NCBI GenBank assembly: GCA_951406725.2
Contig: OX597816.1
Span: forward strand, 23,808,001-23,872,000
Direction: 5' to 3'
DNA length: 64,000 bases
Origin: Octopus vulgaris
Lineage: Eukaryota
Shown here: positions 53,768 through 64,000 of the stretch, one piece after another
How positions within the stretch are numbered: the stretch's first letter is position 1
How the letters are laid out: each line of letters opens with the position of its first letter
The notes under the pieces: model-generated
What the model saw: only the letters and a program-made list of their open reading frames with translations
Told to the model about the DNA's origin: nothing
The model's database searches: none
Made by a program: the position numbers and the translations under genes

Positions 53768-54370
53768 TTATTTCTTTATTGCCCACAAGGGGCTAAATAC
53801 AGAGGGGACAAATGAGGACAGACAAACGGATTAAGTCGATCACATCGACCCCAGTGCGTAACTGGTACTTAATTTATCGACCCCCAAAAGGATGAAAGGC
53901 AAATTCGACCTCGGCGGAATTTGAACTCAGAACTTAACGGCAGACGAAATACCTATTTCTTTACTACTCACAAGGGGCTAAAAACAGAGAGGACAAACAA
54001 GGACAGACAAACGGATTAAGTCGATCACATCGACCCCAGTGCGTAACTGGTACTTAATTTATCGACCCCGAAAGGATGAAAGGCAACGTCGACCTCGGCG
54101 GAATTTGAACTCAGAACTTAACGGCAGACGAAATACCTATTTCTTTACTACTCACAAGGGGCTAAAAACAGAGAGGACAAACAAGGACAGATAAACGGAT
54201 TAAGTCGATTACTTCAACCCCAGTGCGTAACTGGTACTTAATTTATCGACCCCGAAAGGATGAAAGGCAAAGTCGACCTCGGCGGAATTTGAACTCAGAA
54301 CTTAACGACAGACGAAATACGGCTACGCATTCCGCCCGGCGTGTTAACGGTTCTGCCAGCTCAGCGCCTT
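53768..54370 (-). mobile_element. SINE family 2 trimer
   Basis: Three near-identical ~182-bp units plus one head. Confidence 0.9.
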
Positions 54371-54884
54371 CGGTTACTTCAACATAACACATGCTGACTG
54401 TGATTGATGTAATCGACTTAACTCTACCCTAAAATCACCGACCTTACGCCCAGATTTGAAACTATTATTGTTGTTGCTGTTATTGTTGTATACATACATA
54501 TATGCATGCATATATTTGTACATACATTTATAGTATACATACATGTAAGTACGTAAATATATATGTATACATCTATGTGTCTGTGTGTGTACATGTAATA
54601 TATACGTACGTACAAACATACATACATACATACATACATACATACATACATACATACATACATGCATATATACATACATACATACATACATACATACATA
54701 CATACATGCATATATACATACATACATATACATTCATGCATATATAATATATATAAACATATATGTACACACACAGACACATATATGAATGCATGTATAA
54801 TCACGTACATACATGTATGTACATACATATATACATGCATACATACATACATACACAAACACACGTATACATGCATGCATTAAC

Positions 54885-55236
54885 AACCATATGGTTCCGG
54901 GTTCAGTCCCACTGCGTGCCACCTTGGGCAAGTGTTTTCTACTATAGCCTCGGACCGACCAAAGCCTTGTGAGTGGATTTGGTAGACGGAAACTGAAAGA
55001 AGCCCGTCGTACATATGTATATGTGTCTGTGTTTGTCCCCATAACATCGTTTGACAACCGATGCTGGTGTGTTTACGTCCCCGTCACTTAGCGGTTCGGC
55101 AAAGGAGACCGATAGAATAAGTACTAGGCTTACAAAGAATAAGTCCTGGGGTCGATTTACTCGACTAAAGGCGGTGCTCCAGCATGGCCGCAGTCAAATG
55201 ACTGAAACAAGTAAAAGAGTAAAAGTGTAAAAGAGT
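54885..55236 (+). mobile_element. SINE family 1, 5' clipped
   Basis: Body and tail match. Confidence 0.87.
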
Positions 55237-55698
55237 ACACGTGTATGTATACATGTACATAAATGTATGTACATATGAAAGTATCTGTGTGTATGCAAAG
55301 TATCCGTGTGTATACATGTATATATTTAATATCCATTTCTGGGCCTATGTATACATATGTGCATATATATGCATATATGCATACGTGTACGTATGAAAAT
55401 GGAAAAGTTTCTGCCAGCTCGCCGCCTTTTAATCGATTAAAGCTGAAATATCAAAGTACACTCCCCTGCCAATGTAAAGGTACATAACTCTTACAAAATG
55501 ACTATAATTCTACAGAGTTATTTTTCATGTTCGTCGAAATGAGAACTTACGTACGTCCCTAAATTCTTGTATAGATCGTGAAACGACATTCCCTTACAAC
55601 ATAATTGTTTCTTTTGCCTGAAAACTCCAAATTTATATACATGTGTTAAGTTCCATACAAATGTCTTTGAGTATATTTGTGGCGTTTGTATATATATA

Positions 55699-56068
55699 CT
55701 AGCAGTATCGCCCGGCGTTGCTCGGGTTTGTAAGGGAAATAACTACATAAGCATTTTTAGAGAGTTATAGCCAAAAAAATAGCAAAAAAATGCATTAAAA
55801 TCGTTGACTCATCGTAGACATTTTTAGAGAGTTACTTCCCTTATATAATAGCGAAAAAATGCATTAAAATGGGAAAAAAAATGATGGTAAATTTTTTTTT
55901 TAACGTAGACTCATCGTAGACGCGCGCTAATACCCAGAAGGGCTCGATATGAATCACGACTATAAGATACCCGCTTTTGGTTAAACTGCACCGCAAAATG
56001 TGGGAGTAGTTAGGAATCTAAATCGTAGGAGACAGACACTCACACAACTTCACTTTTATATATAAAGA
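55699..56068 (-). mobile_element. Non-autonomous Helitron
   Basis: Minus strand starts a|TCtttatatataaaag and ends with hairpin cccgagcaacgccggg, then CTAG|t. No TSD. Confidence 0.8.
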
Positions 56069-56404
56069 TATATGTCCTAATCGTAAAATCGAGGCACGAA
56101 ATTGCTTTGCATTTATTGGTGCTTCATAAGTATTTACTTTAAAATATAGGAACAAAGAGTTAGCGGTGCAATACTTGGTAGAATTTTCCCTCATGTTTTA
56201 TTAATGCAATGGTGGTGGGGTGGGGTGGTGGCGGTTGGCGACGGTGGTGAGGGGTGCTGGTGGAGATGCTGCTGCTGTTGCTACTGTTAATGATGATGAT
56301 GATGATGATGGTAGTGGTGGTGGAACTGAACCCGGAACTATGTGGTTGGTAAGCAAGCTACTTGCCACACAGCCACTCCCGCGCCTATGTAGTAGACAAA
56401 GAGA

Positions 56405-56680
56405 ATAGAAAGTACTAGGTAATTGATTTTAGAGTCCCAAATGATGAGAAAGTCAATATGAGAAGTGTAATGAAAATAGTAAAGTACCAGGATCTAGCCA
56501 TTGAATTACATGGGGTATAGAAAGTATGGAAATGTATCCCTGTAGTTACGGGTGCATTGGGAACTATTGCTAAAGATTTGGATAGATAGATAGAGGAAAT
56601 TAGCATTAAACCTAGTTTAGTACAGCTCTAGATAACTGTATTGTTAAAGTTCAGCTAGAATTCTTAGGAAGGTTCTTGGC
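56405..56680 (+). pseudogene. RLE-domain non-LTR retrotransposon fragment
   Basis: VIDFRVPND...KIVKYQDLAIEL...IPVVTGALGTI read on the plus strand, with stops. Confidence 0.65.
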
Positions 56681-56934
56681 TCCTGTTAGAGAGATTTTTT
56701 TCCAACAGTCTAATCTGTTCAGTGGACATGAAATAATAATATCCAATCTACGTAGATAATTGCTTCAAATTTAGGCACACGGCAAGCAATTTTGAGTGAG
56801 GGGGTAAATTGATTACGATAATAATTGTATTTAATATCGGTAATTAGTATCCAAGACCGACTTTCTTCTTTATCTTTTTGGGGTCGATAAGTGAAGTACT
56901 AGTCAAGTTCATTTTCCAAATAACCCTCTCTCTC

Positions 56935-56988
<54 letters not shown>

Positions 56989-57103
56989 TCTCTATCTCGT
57001 TCTTTTTCTTTCTCACAATCTTCACCACACACACACACGTGTGTGTAGTCTTATGGCTTAGATCAAGGTCTAATATCTACTCTTATCAGTTTAATATACA
57101 TAC

Positions 57104-57263
<160 letters not shown>

Positions 57264-58074
57264 ACGATATATATAATATTAAAGGGTAATCAGAAATATT
57301 ACAAATTTCCATTACCACTGGCCTAGCGTGAAAAAATTTAGTCAATAGACCATATATTATTCATATAAATACAGTGTACATTTAAACACATAAGAGGCAT
57401 CTATCATAGGACTCCTTGCACGCGCGTGTATCTGTGAACAAACAAAAACAAGGAAATTCCATATGCCGAACTCATTTCTTGGATCCATCCTGAACAAACC
57501 TGAAGCATGCTGTAGTATTTGTTATTAAAACCACGAGAGACCAATCCAGTTACCTCCCTTACACTCTTCGTTCTGCCTCTCATACTAAAATGTCTGTTGG
57601 GAAAGCAAGGATGTCGCAGGATTTTCTTCTGATAATTCCAAAGAAATAAGCAAATATATACGCAAAAAATTAAAAAAAGAAACAATTAAAATTGTATGAC
57701 TCATGATTCATGAATGCCTTCAGTTGATGACCTACATTAATATTTGGCATTCTTTTCGCTTTTATTCTTTATTCTTTTTATTCCGGGCTAATGAATTGAG
57801 CATCTATGTGGCCGGTCAGTGGTCTCGTTTGAAATAGCAGCTAAATTGCACATCTTAGTCTTAAAAAAATAAAGAAACAGCAGGACGTGTTGAAATCTAT
57901 AGTCCTCGATATAGGTTGTATGAAAATAAGCAGAGATGGTGTTTTTGATAATAGGTTTGTTCTAAACAATAGCAACTAAATTCATGCCTGAGACCACCTT
58001 TAGTCTTTTGATACAAACTTCTTGTTTTAACCCTTTAGCATTCCAGTTACTCTGTCAAATGCAAAGCTTATCTA

Positions 58075-58463
58075 TTACCTCCACCTTACAGAATGCGGAG
58101 GTATTGTTTTCAGTCGCATTTGTTTGTTTGGCCGTGGACAAAATATCTCAAGAACTGCTGGATGGATTCAGATGAAACTTTCAGGGATGTTTGACCTCGT
58201 GGCTGTCACGAACTGATTAGATTTTGGGATCGATCCGATTCCGGACAAGAATTCTGGATTATTTTTCCTTTTTTTTTTTTTTTAATTTCGGATTTTTTTA
58301 CTTAATTTTTGAGAGCGTTCGGGTTCATTTTTAGTATTCTCGTTTGTGAAAGCAGTCGAGTTTATTTCAGATATTCTCATTTTAAAAATCATCCCCGGCT
58401 AACCGTTGAGAGGACGTTGGTGTTTCCTTGGCGGAGGTTTGCGCCCTCTGAGTGCTCTTGTTC
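58075..58463. mobile_element. Helentron/HINE-like repeat, most complete copy
   Basis: Starts with the hairpin ttacctccacc..gcggaggta and ends ggcggaggtttgcgccctctgagtgctcttgtt. Confidence 0.65.
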
Positions 58464-58722
58464 ACATTGTTTTCAATTAACCATGCATTATCTCATGCCT
58501 TAGAGCTTTCGATGATGTGACTGCTTATTTTTAGAATGACATTGTAGGTTAGGTGTGAGAGGACGGTTCTGGTCAGTTTGAACATAAAACTGATAGAATG
58601 TTTGGGCTGGATATCGCTGGTTTAACTACTAAAAGATTAAAATATTTTGAATTAAAATTTCACGTTAATTTATGTTCCAAACACCAGGTTGATAATGGCA
58701 AAGCAATGTCGGTAAATTCATT

Positions 58723-59181
58723 GAATCTTTTCCGTTTGAACGGCAGTTTTTAACATAATTTCTAGGTAACTAAAAAAATTTTAAACTTCGTATACTGGTA
58801 GAATGTGTTTATAAAACATCTTTTTCTCTTGGCTTTATTGAGAAAATTCTATAGTTTGTAAGATATTTGTTGTTGTTTTTCTTCAATTTCTGCAATTTCA
58901 ACCAATCAATGACGTCCATTGAGGTAAAAAAAAAAAAAGAATTCTGTGCCGTATGAATACGTCCCTCGTTTAAGAAACAGATTGGGTTTATTTACATTTG
59001 TGAAGAAGAAAAAGATACCCTTCCCCCCACCCCTAACCCCAACCCTAACCCTAACTAACCTTAACTAACCCTAACCCTAAAACAGATTGAAATGCAATAG
59101 ATCGCTTCTAGAGTCATAATTATGGGTGACAATTTCATATGACACCGCTAGAAAACACTGCCGTTCAAACCGAAAAGATCC
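58723..59181. mobile_element. MITE with ~29-bp TIRs, 8-bp TSD and internal telomere-like (CCCTAA)n
   Basis: TIRs gaatcttttccgtttgaacggcagt and actgccgttcaaaccgaaaagatcc. TSD aattcatt at 58715-22 and 59182-89. A related inverted remnant lies near 52015-52215. Confidence 0.85.
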
Positions 59182-59904
59182 AATTCATTTTATGTCAGAA
59201 ACGCTATTTTAACATTATAATATGTTTTATTGTAACTTCATTATAACAAGTTTTCAAACAGAATTAGCTTTAACTGATAAACTGATAAAAACGAAGACTG
59301 TATTTCGACAGAAGTCAAGGGCAGAGAAGCCAAACAAGCATTTCATATTTGAAGACCACATTGAATCTAAGAGACCTATATTAAAGAATATTTATTTAAT
59401 TATACAAAAATTATAATTACGTTATTGTGGAAATGTAAACAAATATTTATAACTGAACGCATCTGGAAATGTAAACTGAGACTTAATCACTTAATACTAT
59501 GCAATCAAATATGAAAATATATTATTTGGCTTTTTTGCAAAACTAAACTTGTTTCGGAGAGCTCTGCTTAAAAGGCCTCAGGTAAGTCTAATAATTTACC
59601 GTCACCACCGCCACCACCACCACCACCAGCATCATCATCATCTTATCACCAAATATTCATCATCATTACCATCAGTAGCAACATCCTCAATATCATCCTC
59701 ATCATCACTATCACCATCATCTTAAAGGCGTCGTTTTTTAATATATATACCCAGCATGTTTCGTTGCTACTTAATGGAGGTTTTGTTTGTTTTTTATTGT
59801 GTTTTTTTAATCTCGACAGCTGCATATATTGTTGTGTATGAAACGTATCTTATTGTTAAATATATGTATAAATTACACACGAATGTTGTTATAATGATAA
59901 TGGT

Positions 59905-59992
<88 letters not shown>

Positions 59993-60038
59993 TCATCAAA
60001 ATTGTTATAATGTCTTGTTGTTGAGATAGGTTCTCTTT

Positions 60039-60124
60039 CTTTCCTGTTGAGAAGATTACATTGTTTTACACCGGTTATTCCTTTGGAATAAAACTAATGT
60101 TGTCTTCGAAACATATGTCGAAAG
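60039..60124 (+). ncRNA. Hammerhead-like motif (A6U core variant)
   Basis: CTTTC-CTGTTGA-GAAGATtACATT...AATGTtGTCTTC-GAAA-CATATG-TC/GAAAG. Confidence 0.62.
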
Positions 60125-60418
60125 TAAAAGAATTTGAATAACACCTGCGTTCAACCCCATTTATTTACTTATACTATACTATATTATACTATATTTATTT
60201 ACTTATACTATTTACTTATACGATACAAATTACTGCACATTAACCTTTGAATAGGTCGCTACATCCTTGTGAATTTTGCTACATGGTAACTGTTTATTGA
60301 ATTTTCCATGTTAACTGTAAACAAAGGATAATTCATTCATCCATTTTGGGGGTCATCTTAACCTTGTTATCTCCCCTACTTTCCTCCTCGTGTTTGACCC
60401 TTCTGTCCGGCACTAGTC

Positions 60419-60835
60419 GCCATGATAGATCGTTAGCCACTACACACATTTTTTCTCTCCTTGTTTCTCTCTTTGTTTTTTTCTGTGTCCCTTTCTGTAG
60501 AAGAGCGTATGCTCGAAACGTAAAAGACTTTTTCTATTCCTGAGCGTTATACTAATACATCTTTTTTTTTGTTTTGTACACCACCTGTCTTCGTCTTTTG
60601 TTTTTTTTTCGTAAACTCTCCCTATATATATATACATAGTAAATCTCAAAAAAGAAGAAGAACGAACACAAAAAATCAACGTGAGGACATGGTACATGTA
60701 AAGTATTAGCAGACGCTCAGGGAAGGAAAGAAAGGTGGCTTAACATTTCGAGCAACGCTCTTCTTCAGAAACAGAGGAAAGTGCAATAGAAAAGAAGACG
60801 GTGGAAGAAAATTGCCAACGATTCACATGTGGCTA
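60419..60835. mobile_element. Two family C HHR elements, tail to tail around a short (TA)n
   Basis: Plus-strand motif at 60491-60526. Minus-strand motif at 60739-60772 reads CTGAAGA-a-GAGC gtt GCTC-GAAA-tg-TT. Confidence 0.65.
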
Positions 60836-60936
60836 CATTTTGAAATGACCGGAAGGGAATGGGTGGAGAAAAAGTTCTTTCTAAGACAGAAGAGTGTACG
60901 AGAAGGAGGTATGTGTGAGCATGTGCGTGCGCGCAA

Positions 60937-60975
<39 letters not shown>

Positions 60976-61129
60976 TGTTTGTGTGTGTGTGTGTGTGTGT
61001 GTAATGGCACGTGTATGTGCGTGTGTATGTGTTGTGTGTGTGGTGTATGTGTGGTTTTGGCTGTGAGTGAACTTTGTGTCTTTTAATGTTGTAGCATGGT
61101 AACAGGTGTAGCGGTCTTTTGTGTAAGAG

Positions 61130-61450
61130 GATCGTAGTCGTAGGATCGCCCAGTCGTAGGATCGCGGTTTCGATTCTCAGACCGGGCGTTGTGAGTGGTG
61201 GTGGTGGTGGTGGTGGCGAAGCCTGCTGTACTCTTTCACCACAACTTTCTCTCACTCTTTCTTCCTGTTTCTGTTGTACTTGTATTTCGAAGAGCCAGCT
61301 TTGTCACACTCTGAATCTCCCCGAGAACCACGTTAAGAGTACACGTGTCTGTGGAGTGCTCAGTCACATGCAAATTAATTTCATAAGCAGGCGGTTCCGT
61401 TGATCGGAACAACAGGAACCCTCGTCGTCGAAACCGACGGAGTGCCACGA
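61130..61450 (+). mobile_element. SINE family 3, 5' truncated
   Basis: Collinear with 9360-9700. Confidence 0.85.
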
Positions 61451-61505
<55 letters not shown>

Positions 61506-61689
61506 GTCCCAAAAATCATTATACACTGTCTCTTTTCTATTTCGCTTCAGGTATCATTGGGAGAGACGTGAGGCCATCAGCATTTGACACCTCAGACTTC
61601 GCAATTTTTATAAATGCATCATTCCTTTACCACCAGCTTTGGTGCATGTTCGAGAATGTCTGCTGTAATAACAGAATGAAAAACTCCAT

Positions 61690-61961
61690 TAATATTCCGA
61701 GACGGCTGTGATGTTGAATTTCCAAGAAAGAACTCATATTTCAAAACTGTACGAATTTCTGACTAATCCATCTCTAAAAAAAAAGAGCAAAAAACGATTT
61801 ATAAACACTTTATAAAGCGCAAAATGAGTTGGAATAACGAAATAAATGTGTCAGCTTTCTAACAAAAAATAACGATTATCAAAATATAATGATGGAGCAA
61901 AATGAGCAGCTGTCAAAGTTTACCATATACCTTACTACAAATTTCATGCTTGACGACCTAA
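61690..61961 (-). mobile_element. Left end of the same mariner family as 22907-24171
   Basis: Reverse complement similarity to 22907-23190, including the TIR. Confidence 0.85.
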
Positions 61962-62221
61962 TATATAGTTCAAATTTATAGAAAAGCAAAAGACAAAGAC
62001 AGGTGTAGGAATAACAACAAGGTGTATTAGTTTAACGCTCGGGAAAAATGGAAAAGGCTTTTACGTTTCTAGTCTACGCTCTTCTGGAGAAAGAATGAAA
62101 ATCTGAAGGACCGCTGCAATAAGTGAGTGAATCTGAGAGAGGAATATGTTCGATAAAATCATTATTAACTGATCCTCATGAATTTCTTTTACCCAAAACC
62201 AGGAACTTTTCAGCACTCCTT

Positions 62222-62266
<45 letters not shown>

Positions 62267-62423
62267 GGAGGTATAGAGACAGAGACAGAGAGATACATAA
62301 GCAAACAGATAGTGAGAGAGAAAGACAGACACACAAACACAGAGACAGACATATAGACAAACAGACAGGCAGGCAGGTATACAGACAGACACACAGACAG
62401 ACAGACAGACAGACGGATAGACG

Positions 62424-62510
<87 letters not shown>

Positions 62511-62883
62511 TGTAGCATATTTGAGAGTATATGATAGGTGTGCGTGATGGATATTTAACATGACAATACTGAATGTGCATGCAGTACATAATCTGCATTT
62601 TTGAAGACATGTGTTGGCCTATTGAGCATTACAGCAATGTTATAGTGCATATACATTCACATATATACAGATTAGTTACAGGATTCATTAGAATCTAGGC
62701 GCATCAACACGTAGGACGCCAGAACTGGCTAGGTGCCATAAAAGAGTTCACAGTAAGGTAAAAACAACCATGAGGTATTGTGTGTTATCATACAGCAGAT
62801 ATGTAGATACGCAAGTACCAAATACAATTTAAACCGTAGATCCGACGCAGGGTTAGTTCCAGGGACGGTGTAGATATAAAAAG

Positions 62884-63110
62884 AAGAATACAAATGGCGT
62901 TTAAAATTTACTACAGCTGTTTCGGTAGAATTTTATTGACGTATTTATGTATTATATCATAACATATAATCCACCATCTTCAGATAAAACTTTAAACAAT
63001 ACATTTTAACTGACGATGCTGGATATAAGCTATGATGTGATCTATGAATACATATATAAACTGCCACTGAAACAGCTGTAGTAGCTTTTAAACCCCATAT
63101 GTATTCTTTT
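62884..63110. ncRNA. Divergent (head-to-head) pair of hammerhead motifs
   Basis: Minus 62908-62986 reads tttat-CTGAAGA-t-GGTGGA..TCTACC-GAAA-CAGCTG-TA/gtaaa. Plus 63006-63084 reads CTGACGA...GAAA-CAGCTG-TA. Confidence 0.65.
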
Positions 63111-63181
63111 AATACATACATATGTGTGCGTGTTTGTGTGTGTGTAAATATATCTATTTACATATACATATATATATATAC

Positions 63182-63244
<63 letters not shown>

Positions 63245-63247
<3 letters not shown>

Positions 63248-64000
63248 TTAAATCCTTAAATCCTTAAAAATGTTTTAGCCCGAAGGCCGCGGCCATGCTG
63301 GGGCACCACCGCTGAATGAGCTACACTAGTTTGTGAATCCACCTCTGATACGTGGCACTTGATCAACAAGGGAGTTCGATGCTGCTGCCCGCATCCGTGT
63401 CTCCTGTCGTGAGGTAGGTTCATCTGGGACTCCCAACAAGAAGAGATCCAGTTTAGTTTTAAAGAAACCCACATCCACACCATGTAAGTCTCTCAGGCAT
63501 TTAGGGAGGATGTTAAAGAGCTGTGGTCCTCTGAAACCCAAGCTGTTGCAGTATCTGGACCTGTATTTTGATGGTGATGTTGGAATCCTTGGCACCACGC
63601 AGCGGCGCCCGTTCTGCGGTTGGAGTAACTTTGAATGCCAAAGTTTGGGACAAGACCCTCCAGGATTTTCCAGATGTATATCACTGCATATCTCTCCCGC
63701 CTCCGCTCCAGGGAGAAGAGGTTTAATACCTTCAGTCTTTCCCAGTAGCTGACATTTTGCATTGAGACGATTTTCTTTGTGTAGCTTCTCTGAATTGCTT
63801 CGAGTTCTACTGTTTGTTTTATATTGTGTGGTGACCAAAGTTGGGAGCAGTAGTCCAAGCGACTGAGGACGAATGTTTTCCATAGGACCATCAGTGTCTC
63901 CTTCTCTCTTGTTCTGAAAGTTCGGAGAATCCATCCAGCTAGCCGTCTGCATTTTATCACCAGATTAGCAATATGCATTTGGAAAGATGCATCATTACTC
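63245..64000 (-). mobile_element. 3' part of a second CR1/Jockey-group LINE (runs off the window)
   Basis: KCRRLAGWILRTFRTRE...SLERRRERY aligns with the 43.4-43.9 kb copy; tail (TTTAAGGA)n. Confidence 0.92.

Noticed and set aside
59030-59080. True telomere or chromosome fusion site
   Set aside because: Short, degenerate and enclosed within a MITE with TIRs and a TSD.

Overview
Repeat-saturated animal genomic DNA, probably intronic or intergenic. The SINE families and microsatellite load suggest an octopus or other cephalopod, but that is an inference. I found no intact host gene. Nearly all ORFs in the track are translations of (TA)n, (TG)n, (TACA)n, (TAGA)n and triplet repeats. Recognisable content includes several tRNA-derived SINE families (some with target-site duplications), four or five decayed mariner elements, a near-complete APE-RT LINE (43.1-46.2 kb, minus) plus a second 3' copy, RTE, RLE-type and Penelope fragments, Helitron/Helentron-like elements and MITEs. 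The main hidden signal is RNA structure: a dozen or more type I hammerhead ribozyme (HHR) motifs with palindromic helix III, carried by short non-coding elements that mostly sit in (TA)n or similar short-repeat tracts. The best case is a young 1.96 kb composite at 38701-40664. It joins 1.6 copies of a ~494-bp HHR unit to one inverted and 2.3 tandem copies of an unrelated 360-bp HHR unit, as expected for retrozymes or Penelope pseudo-LTRs copied from circular RNA. All folding and alignment was done by eye; no searches were run.
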